From: Escherichia coli
GTDB taxonomy: Bacteria > Pseudomonadota > Gammaproteobacteria > Enterobacterales > Enterobacteriaceae
Direction: 5' to 3' (one strand)
Length of the DNA: 12,912 bases
NCBI RefSeq assembly: GCF_003334305.1
Contig: NZ_QOWS01000042.1
Shown: in pieces, positions 1-6,862 of the stretch
How positions within the stretch are numbered: position 1 is the first letter of the stretch
Layout: the number at the start of each line of letters is the position of its first letter
Position numbers and translations under genes: made by a program
The notes under the pieces: model-generated
Database searches by the model: none
The model's input: the letters and a program-made list of their open reading frames with translations, nothing else
What the model was told of the DNA's origin: nothing

Positions 1-1125
1 CCAGCCTGTTGGCGGAGTGGCTGAAGGCCACGGAACAGGCACCCCAACCGGTAATGCAGAGCCTTCTCCTAAACCAAGGTATGTGAGAAGACCAGCTACA
101 TCCTTTCCACTCAAATTGGTAAGCGTATTGTCCAGCGGTTGTTTACCTGCCAGCGCATTAAGCATTGTCGTGGCAAAGTTCGGATCATTCCCCAGTGCCG
201 CCGCCAGTTCGTTCAGTGTATCCAGTGCAGCAGGTGCAGAACCCACCATTCCTGCAATCGCCGATTTCACAAAAGCCGTAGTGGCAATCTGTGTATTGTT
301 GACCGACTGCGCCGCCGTGGGGGCTGTTGGCGTTCCGGTGAGTGCCGGACTCGACAACGGTGCTTTTAGTGCCAGCGCATTGTTAATGGTGGTACTGAAA
401 TTCGGATCATTGTTAATGGCTGCGGCTATTTCTTTCAGCGTGTCCAGCGTGGCTGGCGCACCATTAATAAGGGCCGTCAGTGCCGCCTGTACAAACGCAG
501 TGGTCGCAACCTGCGTGGTATTATTCCCCGCCGCTGGCGTTGGCGCTTTGGGGGTTCCGGTAAATGTCGGGCTGGCTTTTGGCGCGTACTGTGAATGCGG
601 GTCCGGTGCGGCAAGATGTTTTGCCATCTGATCATCCGCGTAAACCTTCAGCTCCAGTGCCTTGTCATCCACATACTTGCGGGTTGCCAGCACTACAGCA
701 GGGTCGATTTTCAGGGTGATATTGTCCGTGCTGCTGGTAATCAGCACCATGCGCACGGTCTGAGTGCGCCCGCTACCTTCAGCCAGTTGCGGCTTATAGC
801 TTTCCGGGCAGTTGCCCACGGCAATCAATGCCCCGGACTCATCAAACAAGCCCACTTCACGTATCCACCAACCGCCCTCGTTTTCAGGGATCACCTGTTC
901 GGCAATAATCTGGCTGCTGTTCTGCGGGTCGATATAAAGCATATTCAGCGCAGCCCGGCGTTTCTCATTTACCAGTGCCGTCTGCTTTGCGTCCGGCGTT
1001 GGCAATACTCCACCGCCATCGCCCACCGCCATATGGGTAATTTTTAGCGGCACACCGAGCGCGGCGGCGCTGGCAAGTTTCGCCGCGCCAATATCCGTCA
1101 GCAGGGTATAAAATTTTGTGCTCAT
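1..1125 (-). CDS. H: Tail fibre protein, P2 gpH-like; N-terminal ~375 codons only, C-terminus lies beyond the window start
   Basis: Hand translation of the minus strand in the frame ending at 1125 is open to position 1. It begins MSTKFYTLLTDIGAAKLASAAALGVPLKITHMAVGDGGG, resembling the P2 gpH N-terminus as recalled, and contains ...NDPNFATTMLNALAGKQP. The ATG at 1125..1123 overlaps the stop of gene I (ATGA). Missing from the ORF track only because it has no stop inside the window. Confidence 0.85.
   Translation of the reverse strand, partial: MSTKFYTLLTDIGAAKLASAAALGVPLKITHMAVGDGGGVLPTPDAKQTALVNEKRRAALNMLYIDPQNSSQIIAEQVIPENEGGWWIREVGLFDESGALIAVGNCPESYKPQLAEGSGRTQTVRMVLITSSTDNITLKIDPAVVLATRKYVDDKALELKVYADDQMAKHLAAPDPHSQYAPKASPTFTGTPKAPTPAAGNNTTQVATTAFVQAALTALINGAPATLDTLKEIAAAINNDPNFSTTINNALALKAPLSSPALTGTPTAPTAAQSVNNTQIATTAFVKSAIAGMVGSAPAALDTLNELAAALGNDPNFATTMLNALAGKQPLDNTLTNLSGKDVAGLLTYLGLGEGSALPVGVPVPWPSATPPTGW
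142..585 (-). repeat. Tandem duplication of a ~74-codon (222 nt) tail-fibre repeat unit inside H (units 364..585 and 142..363), diverged copies
   Basis: Both units translate to SPxxTGTPxAPTxxxxNNTQ(I/V)ATTAFVxxAxxxxxxxAPAxLDTL(K/N)E(I/L)AAAxxNDPNF(S/A)TTxxNALAxK. Nucleotide similarity is visible, e.g. 'aaattcggatcatt' near 166-185 and 398-412. Confidence 0.7.
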
Positions 1126-1727
1126 GGATTCACTCTCATTGTGTCAATAACATGGACCGCCCCGCCTTCATGCGCGGTGCCACCGGAAATAATCGTTTCG
1201 TTGATATACGGATAGATCGTGATTTCTTCGCCAAGATAGCTGGCGGCTCCCACCCAATGCGGGCCGCTGGTCTGCAGATTGATGGACATGCCGATCATGT
1301 GGCGGCTACATGGTTTGGCATCGCTTATCAGTCGCTCAAGTTCCAGATAGGTATCTTCAGTGATGCCCTGGTCCTGCACGCCGATATCCAGGCGAAACGT
1401 GCCCGGTGTTTCTCCGGTCTGCCACCACTCAATAATGCGGATCAGGAATCCGAACGGCTCCACCACCCGCCGCACGGCACTGGTGGTCCCTTTATGCTGA
1501 TGAATATAAAAAGCATCCTTCACCACCTGGCGCTTGACGCTTTCAGTCCAGCCCTCGTCCCAGCGATCCACAGAGAACGCCCAGGCGAGATAAGGCAGGA
1601 AACTGACCGGACAGGTTGCCGGATTCCACAAGTCACGAAGCGGCACCTGCAGATCAGAAATCCCGCTGCAGGTTTGCGCCAGTCGGCGCTCCAGTGGTGT
1701 TGAACCCGGTGGCAGCAGACTATTCAT
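1122..1727 (-). CDS. I: Baseplate assembly protein, P2 gpI-like
   Basis: 201-aa ORF with ATG at 1727..1725; motifs such as WNPxTCPxxxLPxLAWAFSVDRWDExW and PGTFRLDIGV resemble P2 gpI as recalled. Stop TGA (1124..1122) overlaps the H start. Confidence 0.85.
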   Translation of the reverse strand: MNSLLPPGSTPLERRLAQTCSGISDLQVPLRDLWNPATCPVSFLPYLAWAFSVDRWDEGWTESVKRQVVKDAFYIHQHKGTTSAVRRVVEPFGFLIRIIEWWQTGETPGTFRLDIGVQDQGITEDTYLELERLISDAKPCSRHMIGMSINLQTSGPHWVGAASYLGEEITIYPYINETIISGGTAHEGGAVHVIDTMRVNP

Positions 1728-2628
1728 CCGTTCCTCCGTTGGTTACGCTCCACTGCGTACATGATGCCGCCTGTGTTTTGTTCAGGACCACATCCGCCAG
1801 AGGAGAAGCCAGCTCCACACGCTGCACCCCCTCAACATGCAGGGCGGCAAAAATGGCGCTACGGCGAATATCCCGACCAAGACGCGTCTGACTGGCGATG
1901 TACTTCTGCAGGCTGGCTTTTGCCGCTGCCATTACCGGCTCTGCTTCCGGTCCAGGATAGAGAAAAATGGTGGCTTCCACGCGATACGGGATGATTTCTG
2001 CGCTGCGAACCGTAAGACGGTCAGCCACCGGGCGGACGTTCTCACTGTTCAGAGCTTTTTCCACCACGTCCAGCAGGTCTTTTTCTGCAGTTCCATCGCC
2101 TTCGCGGCTAAGGACAGTCAGCACCACCTCTGCAGGTGCCGGGCTGGTTGCACTGGCATCCGCCACCCGACCGTCGGCGCTTCGGGCATGAAATTCATAA
2201 GCTGCAGTTGGCCCCGCAACAGAAAGCCCTTCAAAGGCCGCAGGCACACGCAGGCGCAACGCTTCATCGCTTTCCATCACAGCTGCAACGGGCGGCACAG
2301 CATCATTATCAGCAGGCGTCACCGTCAGGCGTGTCACGTTGTAGTTGGCAGCGAGCTGGTCAAGATCGCCGCCCATCGCGTAAGCCACCATCACCGCCTG
2401 CGCGGCTTCGTTAATGCGCTGGCGCAGAAGCAACTCACGGTAAGCGTTCTCCTGCAACAATTTAGTGGCGGGTTCAGATTCCAGTTCCAGCGTGCGGATC
2501 ACTGCTTCCTGCTCATCTTTCGGATGAAGCGCCACAAATTCTGCCTTGCGTTCGGCAAGCAGCGTCTCAAAGTCCGGCACATCCACAATCTGCGGTGCAG
2601 GCAACTGCGAAAGGTCAATCACTGCCAT
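1720..2628 (-). CDS. J: Baseplate protein, P2 gpJ-like
   Basis: The ORF track extends to a GTG at 2667, but the ATG at 2628..2626 is preceded by AGGAG with a 6-nt spacer and gives 302 aa starting MAVIDLSQLPAPQIVDVPDFETLLAERKA, the length recalled for P2 gpJ. It overlaps the W stop. Confidence 0.85.
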   Translation of the reverse strand: MAVIDLSQLPAPQIVDVPDFETLLAERKAEFVALHPKDEQEAVIRTLELESEPATKLLQENAYRELLLRQRINEAAQAVMVAYAMGGDLDQLAANYNVTRLTVTPADNDAVPPVAAVMESDEALRLRVPAAFEGLSVAGPTAAYEFHARSADGRVADASATSPAPAEVVLTVLSREGDGTAEKDLLDVVEKALNSENVRPVADRLTVRSAEIIPYRVEATIFLYPGPEAEPVMAAAKASLQKYIASQTRLGRDIRRSAIFAALHVEGVQRVELASPLADVVLNKTQAASCTQWSVTNGGTDE

Positions 2629-2974
2629 TCTCTGCTCCTGTTGATACGGAAAGGGACACAGGCACACCGTTATTCCGCCGCCCGGTCAGCTCCACCACCA
2701 TTGAACCGTCAAAATTGCTGTTGATGGTGATGGAATCCAGCGTCAACCGTGGCTCCCAGCGACTCAGCGCCACATACACTGCCGACATGACCTGCAGGCG
2801 TAATGCCGGATTTTGTGGCTGATCTATCAGTGCCGACAGCAGGGAACCATATTCCCGGCGGGCAATACGGCTACCCTGCGGTGTCAGCAGAATGTCCCGC
2901 ACCGACTGGCGCAGATGATCAATATCAGTAATGACTTTGCCGCTGGTATTGTTCATCCCGCTATAAAGCGTCAT
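2615..2974 (-). CDS. W: Baseplate protein, P2 gpW-like (gp25-type)
   Basis: 119 aa starting MTLYSGMNNTSGKVITDIDHLRQSVRDILLTPQGSRIARREYGSLL, similar in length and sequence to P2 gpW as recalled; its ATG (2974..2972) overlaps the V stop (ATGA). Confidence 0.85.
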   Translation of the reverse strand: MTLYSGMNNTSGKVITDIDHLRQSVRDILLTPQGSRIARREYGSLLSALIDQPQNPALRLQVMSAVYVALSRWEPRLTLDSITINSNFDGSMVVELTGRRNNGVPVSLSVSTGAENGSD

Positions 2975-3549
2975 ATCGGGCCTCCGGTTGTATCGCCGCC
3001 TTTCAGGACGCCAGTATGCTGATGCGCATCAACCACGATCCCGTTAGAACTCATCGCTCCGCCGCCCTGGGTAACGCCACCATTGATCACCACTTCGCTG
3101 TTAATGCGCGTGCGGTCAGCCTCCAGTACAAACTCACTGGTTTTCATGGTGATGTTGTCAGCAGCCTCAATGACCATGGATTTGATGCCCCTGACATACC
3201 AGCGCCCGGTGGCGGGTTCGTATTCAAACCAGCCACCGTCAGGATGTTCTGTCACGCAGGCGTCCGCCGACGTCGACGGTGGTGCGAACTGATTCGAATA
3301 GACAGCGGGCAGCGCAAAGGCGGTTTCCAGATTGCCGCCCAGACTCAGCAGCACCACCTGCTCACCTTCCGATGGTCGCCACCATGTACGGGCATTCCCG
3401 GCACGCAGCGTCAGCCAGCTGATCCAGTTGGTTTCAAGCTCGCCCGTTTTCACCCGGCAAAGCCAGTTTTCCCTGTCCACTTCGGTGACTACCCCTGTGC
3501 GGATCAGGTTGGTGATAAGGCGCATGATTTCGGTTAATTGTGCGTTCAT
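2971..3549 (-). CDS. V: Baseplate spike/hub protein, P2 gpV-like
   Basis: 192 aa starting MNAQLTEIMRLITNLIRTGVVTEVD, with RTWWRPSEGEQV and a C-terminal ...HQHTGVLKGGDTTGGPI resembling P2 gpV as recalled; ATG at 3549..3547. Confidence 0.85.
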   Translation of the reverse strand: MNAQLTEIMRLITNLIRTGVVTEVDRENWLCRVKTGELETNWISWLTLRAGNARTWWRPSEGEQVVLLSLGGNLETAFALPAVYSNQFAPPSTSADACVTEHPDGGWFEYEPATGRWYVRGIKSMVIEAADNITMKTSEFVLEADRTRINSEVVINGGVTQGGGAMSSNGIVVDAHQHTGVLKGGDTTGGPI

Positions 3550-3595
3550 AGGGAAAGGTTGCCATCAGGGGAAGAAAGGCGGCAGTGCTGCAACT

Positions 3596-3613
3596 TGTAT
3601 CAGTGCTGATACA
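3596..3613 (-). promoter_or_regulatory. Candidate late-promoter activator site (Ogr/Delta-type TGT-N12-ACA dyad) upstream of V
   Basis: Sequence TGTATCAGTGCTGATACA, part of the perfect palindrome TTGTATCAG-TG-CTGATACAA, lies between the S stop (3618) and the V start (3549). It matches the TGT-N12-ACA consensus of P2/P4 late promoters and sits where the P2 V promoter is expected. Confidence 0.5.
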
Positions 3614-3617
3614 AAGA

Positions 3618-4064
3618 TCACCCCGCCAGCCATTGCAGAATCATGTCGCGGGTCATTGCCTCAACATCATCATTTACACCCAGAAGGCGACGCTCTGCGT
3701 AACGCACCTCCGGTCCCTTACGACTGACGCGATCTCGCAGGCCGTAATGGTGAACGCGGGCAATGCGCTGCACCTTGCCTTCAAACTGCACGCTGGCAGA
3801 GTCGGTGCTGGCGGCAGTTTTCAGGTATTTTGTGGTGCGCAGCTTTGCAAACATCTGACGTTTGATGCGCCCCTTCTTGCTGCGTGCTGTTACCCTGCGC
3901 GGTTCATAACTGCTGCCATCTGGATTGCGCTGCATCCTGATATTCTGCTGCTGTGTCCGGCGCAGTTCCTGCGCCAGCTGGCGCATCATGCGGCTTCTCG
4001 TGGCTGGTTCCAGATTCGCCAGCAAGGCACTCAGCCAGTCGTCCACCTTCTGCAGTTCAGCCAC
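3618..4064 (-). CDS. S: Tail completion protein, P2 gpS-like
   Basis: 148-aa ORF in the P2-equivalent position between R and V. The only start in frame is GTG at 4064..4062, preceded by GGTGA, and it overlaps the 3' end of R by 8 nt. Called mainly on synteny and size. Confidence 0.75.
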   Translation of the reverse strand: MAELQKVDDWLSALLANLEPATRSRMMRQLAQELRRTQQQNIRMQRNPDGSSYEPRRVTARSKKGRIKRQMFAKLRTTKYLKTAASTDSASVQFEGKVQRIARVHHYGLRDRVSRKGPEVRYAERRLLGVNDDVEAMTRDMILQWLAG

Positions 4065-4488
4065 GTTTCACCGTCCACATTTCTTCAGGTTCATCAGGTT
4101 CCGCTATAGCTTCAACACTCGACACACTACCGTCAGTGCTGACCAGCACACGCTCCGTCAGTTGCAGGTTCAGGCTGATATCACAGACATCGTTGCGCAG
4201 AATATCCACCTCAAAGGTGAATAGTTTTTCCCGTAACGCCGGGTTATTGATGGCATCGGGCTGGTTATCCCTCAGCCACAGCAAAACCGGGGCCATCAGC
4301 AGATTCTGGTCGCCGCTGAAATCCTCAATCACCGCGTTCAGGGTGTAACGGTACTCCCACGACATGGAGCTGGCCCCCGTGGCAACCAGCGAACCGTTAT
4401 CCACAAACAGATGCAGTTTGTCCGGGTTATTGCGGACATAAGGCACCGCTTTATTGAGGGCGTGGCGCAGGGATTGTGGTTTGTTCAC
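4057..4488 (-). CDS. R: Tail completion protein, P2 gpR-like
   Basis: The ORF track start is a TTG at 4509. The GTG at 4488..4486 is preceded by AGGAG with a 7-nt spacer and gives (M)NKPQSLRHALNKAVPYVRNNPDKLHLFVDNGS..., resembling P2 gpR as recalled. It overlaps the lysC 3' end. Confidence 0.75.
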   Translation of the reverse strand: MNKPQSLRHALNKAVPYVRNNPDKLHLFVDNGSLVATGASSMSWEYRYTLNAVIEDFSGDQNLLMAPVLLWLRDNQPDAINNPALREKLFTFEVDILRNDVCDISLNLQLTERVLVSTDGSVSSVEAIAEPDEPEEMWTVKRG

Positions 4489-4741
4489 TGTTTTGCTCCT
4501 GACACGCAATAATCATGTCCACTTTGTCTGCACAGACCGCCCAGGCGGCCTCCGTTTCATCCAACAACGCGTTCAGATCACCGTTAGTGCGCGGCTCTGC
4601 CTGATCCAGCCGACACGGTGTCACTCGCGGACAACCACTGACGATAAGCTGCACCTCCGGTGAGCGTCGGACGTTCCCGCAGCCGGATAATGTCAGCAGG
4701 CAAAGGAGTATCAGTCCAGCGGCGTAAATCCTCGTTCTCAC
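4451..4741 (-). CDS. lysC: Outer-membrane spanin lipoprotein (LysC/Rz1-like), starting inside lysB in a different frame
   Basis: 96 aa, the length recalled for P2 LysC. The N-terminus MRTRIYAAGLILLCLLTLSGC has a positively charged n-region, a hydrophobic core and a lipobox (L-S-G-C), and the rest is Pro-rich. GTG start at 4741 is preceded by GAGGA. Confidence 0.7.
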   Translation of the reverse strand: MRTRIYAAGLILLCLLTLSGCGNVRRSPEVQLIVSGCPRVTPCRLDQAEPRTNGDLNALLDETEAAWAVCADKVDMIIACQEQNSEQTTIPAPRPQ

Positions 4742-5012
4742 GTTTCAGTTCCTCGATCCGGTGTTGTCGTTGTCTCAGCAGCGCGCTGGTCTGTTCTGCT
4801 TCGGCATAGAGCCGCGCCTGCTCCCGGTTATTGGTTTCAGTCAGAATGGACAGGCTGATAAGCTGGCTGTTGCTCTTTGCCAGTGCCTGGCTTTTGCTCT
4901 GCAGCTCGTCTGCCTGCGTGCTAATGGTCTGGCTGGCATCAGCCAGCCGCCACGTCTGCCAGCCCAGCGCCGCCAGTAATAACGCCAGCACAACCAGCAG
5001 CAACCGGTTCAT
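4584..5012 (-). CDS. lysB: Inner-membrane spanin (LysB/Rz-like)
   Basis: 142 aa with an N-terminal membrane anchor (MNRLLLVVLALLLAALGW) followed by a charged, coiled-coil-like periplasmic region. Its ATG (5012..5010) overlaps the lysA stop (ATGA). Confidence 0.75.
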   Translation of the reverse strand: MNRLLLVVLALLLAALGWQTWRLADASQTISTQADELQSKSQALAKSNSQLISLSILTETNNREQARLYAEAEQTSALLRQRQHRIEELKRENEDLRRWTDTPLPADIIRLRERPTLTGGAAYRQWLSASDTVSAGSGRAAH

Positions 5013-5386
5013 GCTGCTACCTGTTGCGCCATCTGATTACGGGTGATCCAGAAGGCAATAACGGTCAGTAGATAAAAGACCAGGGTAATAGCCCACCCCG
5101 TCCAGGCGAGACTTACAACAATCAGCAATCGCATCACCCAACTGATAAATACGTTTTCTTTTCGGGTAATTGTCTTCAGTAAAGATGCCCTTAACTCCTG
5201 CCAGAGCGGGCCATTCTTAATTAACGCAGCCAGTGCTACCGGAATTACCGCCCATGTCAGCAAACAGGCTACCCAAACGCCGGACGCTGCCAGTACCGGA
5301 AAAATCCCCTGCGGATACACCATTGCTGCGATTAACAGCGCCATCCATAACATCAGAAACAGTCCGCTGATTAATTTCTTTTTCAT
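5009..5386 (-). CDS. lysA: LysA-like membrane protein (lysis regulator; proposed antiholin in P2)
   Basis: The ATG at 5386..5384 (MKKKLISGLFLML...) is preceded by GGGAG and lies 1 nt after the K stop. The product is about 125 aa with four predicted hydrophobic segments. The GTG at 5458 given by the ORF track would overlap K and is less likely. Confidence 0.65.
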   Translation of the reverse strand: MKKKLISGLFLMLWMALLIAAMVYPQGIFPVLAASGVWVACLLTWAVIPVALAALIKNGPLWQELRASLLKTITRKENVFISWVMRLLIVVSLAWTGWAITLVFYLLTVIAFWITRNQMAQQVAA

Positions 5387-5387
5387 T

Positions 5388-5900
5388 TCAGTTTGCTCCC
5401 TGTAAACACCAGACCATCTCCCGCGCACGGCGGTTATCCAGCCCCTGATTAAACACACCTTTTACATAAACCCAGCGCGGCAACTGTCGGCACGCATCCG
5501 CCCAGCGCCGCTGATTGAGCAATTTCACCAGCGTGGAGCTGCAGGCATTGCCCGTCCCCACGTTGAAGGCAAACGACACCGTAGCGTCATACACCTTCTG
5601 TGGTGGCAGTTGCTTCACACACCTTTCCAGTACCCGCTCCACACGCAGCACGTTGGAGATCAGCCCTTCTGCTGCCTGTCGTTCCGTGATTGTTTTGCCG
5701 GGAATGACGCCCGATGTATTACCAATGCCGTCGGTCCAGACACCCGCGCTGCACTGATACGGCTGCAGACGACAGCCTTCGTAATCAGCAATCAGTTTCA
5801 GCCCCTCCACGGAGGTGTGAAGCTGCTGAAAACCCGGCAGCGTGGCAGCAATAGCCAGCACGGCCCCGACAAGGCAGCGTTTAACGATTGATGGATTCAT
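5388..5900 (-). CDS. K: Endolysin, GH24/T4-lysozyme-like, with an N-terminal signal-anchor-release-like segment
   Basis: 170 aa. The motif E41-x8-C50-x5-T56 (YEGCRLQPYQCSAGVWTDGIGNT) matches the E-8-D/C-5-T catalytic triad of T4-type lysozymes. Residues ~8-24 (RCLVGAVLAIAATLPGF) form a weakly hydrophobic Ala/Gly-rich stretch. A strong RBS (GGGAGG) precedes the ATG at 5900. Confidence 0.85.
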   Translation of the reverse strand: MNPSIVKRCLVGAVLAIAATLPGFQQLHTSVEGLKLIADYEGCRLQPYQCSAGVWTDGIGNTSGVIPGKTITERQAAEGLISNVLRVERVLERCVKQLPPQKVYDATVSFAFNVGTGNACSSTLVKLLNQRRWADACRQLPRWVYVKGVFNQGLDNRRAREMVWCLQGAN

Positions 5901-6096
5901 AGTCCTCCCGCGAGATCTGCCCGTCGCGCAGAAGCTGGTAGGATTTGTGTTTGTAGTACCAGTTGATAGCCAGCATCAGTACACCAATCATCAGACCGCC
6001 CAGCGTTGAGGCATCCTTGATGGACAAATCGCCCAGCCAGGCCAGCACGACGGCGATGCAATACGTGATAAAGGCGCTGATTCGCTCAAGCGTCAT
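5881..6096 (-). CDS. Y: Small holin (two predicted transmembrane segments, charged C-terminus)
   Basis: 71 aa, MTLERISAFITYCIAVVLAWLGDLSIKDASTLGGLMIGVLMLAINWYYKHKSYQLLRDGQISREDYESINR. It occupies the P2 Y position immediately upstream of the endolysin and overlaps the K start by 20 nt. Confidence 0.7.
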   Translation of the reverse strand: MTLERISAFITYCIAVVLAWLGDLSIKDASTLGGLMIGVLMLAINWYYKHKSYQLLRDGQISREDYESINR

Positions 6097-6099
6097 AAT

Positions 6100-6303
6100 T
6101 CAGTCCCATAGCTGGACGGTCTGCACGGTGGTGGTGGTCGGAATGTCCGGCAGCTCCACCTGCAGCCCGTGAGGTAAAAAGGGGCCGTATTCGGCAAGCC
6201 CCGGATTTGCCTTCAGTACCTGCTCCGTGACCCCCTGCGTGCGCCCGTAATGACGCCAGCAAAGCGCGTCCACCGTGTCATACTGATGCGCACGCACTTT
6301 CAT
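6100..6303 (-). CDS. X: Tail protein X (P2 gpX-like, LysM-like)
   Basis: 67 aa, the length recalled for P2 gpX, with ...YGRTQGVTEQVLKANPGLAEYGPFLPHGLQVELPDI... Its ATG (6303..6301) overlaps the L stop (ATGA). Confidence 0.8.
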   Translation of the reverse strand: MKVRAHQYDTVDALCWRHYGRTQGVTEQVLKANPGLAEYGPFLPHGLQVELPDIPTTTTVQTVQLWD

Positions 6304-6767
6304 CAGATAAGCTCCACTGTGCAGTGCGGCGCATCCTGCACCCGGCTGATGGCCCAGCGGGCGTCACGCCACAAATCACCGCTTGCTTCCGCCAGTTCCT
6401 CGCCCCGCTTCACACCGGACGCCGTGGCGTCATAGTCCTGGTATCGTTCGTTGAGCATGGCGCGTGCCCAGCAGTAAACCGCGTTGAAATAGTGCTGAAT
6501 GCGCTCACTTTTGCCGTCCAGCTGTTCCGCCGGAACTTCTGCCAGCGAGGCATACCCCAGCATCTGCTGGCGTCTGCGAAACTCATACAGCTCTGCGTTG
6601 ACCTCCGAAATTGCCGACAGCGCAACCTGCTTTAAACGCGGCTGCGTCACCGTGCCGTCAGTGCGCATCACGCTGCGAAACTCCGACAGGTCCACATCAG
6701 GCCAGAACGGCGTATTCCTGATGATTTCCGCCTGTTCTGGTGCCTGTTCTGGCGCAACAAACTTCAT
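6303..6767 (-). CDS. L: Head completion/stabilisation protein, P2 gpL-like
   Basis: The ATG at 6767..6765 (MKFVAPEQAPEQAEIIRNTPFWPDVDL...) is preceded by AGGAG with an 8-nt spacer and gives 154 aa. The longer ORF-track version starts at a GTG at 6830 inside a GC-rich hairpin and is judged an artefact. Confidence 0.8.
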   Translation of the reverse strand: MKFVAPEQAPEQAEIIRNTPFWPDVDLSEFRSVMRTDGTVTQPRLKQVALSAISEVNAELYEFRRRQQMLGYASLAEVPAEQLDGKSERIQHYFNAVYCWARAMLNERYQDYDATASGVKRGEELAEASGDLWRDARWAISRVQDAPHCTVELI

Positions 6768-6832
6768 GCTGCTTTCTCCTGAAATAGAGGGCGGTGGACG
6801 GGGTTTTGATGTAGCAGTGCCTTTCGCCACCC

Positions 6833-6857
6833 CGTGCCGCCCGTGCGCGGGGGCACG
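6833..6857 (-). other. GC-rich stem-loop in the M-L intergenic region (about 10 bp of stem, no following U-tract)
   Basis: cgtgcc (6833-6838) pairs with ggcacg (6852-6857), and cccg (6840-6843) pairs with cggg (6848-6851), with loop tgcg. It lies in the only sizeable intergenic gap (~95 bp) of the O-S gene string. Confidence 0.4.
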
Positions 6858-6862
6858 TTCTG

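Noticed and set aside
17-1047. Plus-strand ORFs 17..631, 139..369 and 595..1047 given by the ORF track
   Set aside because: They lie antisense to the tail-fibre gene H, whose minus-strand reading frame gives a clear P2-H-like protein; their low-complexity Ala/Ser/Val composition is what the reverse complement of a fibre gene produces.
2629-2667. N-terminal extension of J (MCLCPFPYQQEQR) from a GTG at 2667
   Set aside because: It overlaps the W coding end and has no RBS, whereas the ATG at 2628 has AGGAG upstream and gives the length recalled for P2 gpJ.
1116-2724. Plus-strand ORFs 1116..1703, 1616..1891, 1761..1994, 1837..2724, 1967..2191 and 2136..2414
   Set aside because: Antisense to I and J; Cys/Arg/His-rich products typical of spurious ORFs in GC-rich DNA, and they would break P2 synteny.
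2595-4348. Plus-strand ORFs antisense to W, V, S and R (e.g. 3016..3537, 3332..3727, 3585..4109, 3953..4348)
   Set aside because: They overlap well-supported minus-strand genes on the opposite strand and show no recognisable protein features.
6768-6830. N-terminal extension of L (MAKGTATSKPRPPPSISGESS...) from a GTG at 6830
   Set aside because: It reads through the GC-rich intergenic hairpin and has no RBS, whereas the ATG at 6767 has a canonical AGGAG 8 nt upstream.
6833-6857. The M-L hairpin as a Rho-independent terminator
   Set aside because: No U-rich tract follows the stem on the transcribed (minus) strand, and L to S must be co-transcribed with O-N-M in the P2 arrangement.
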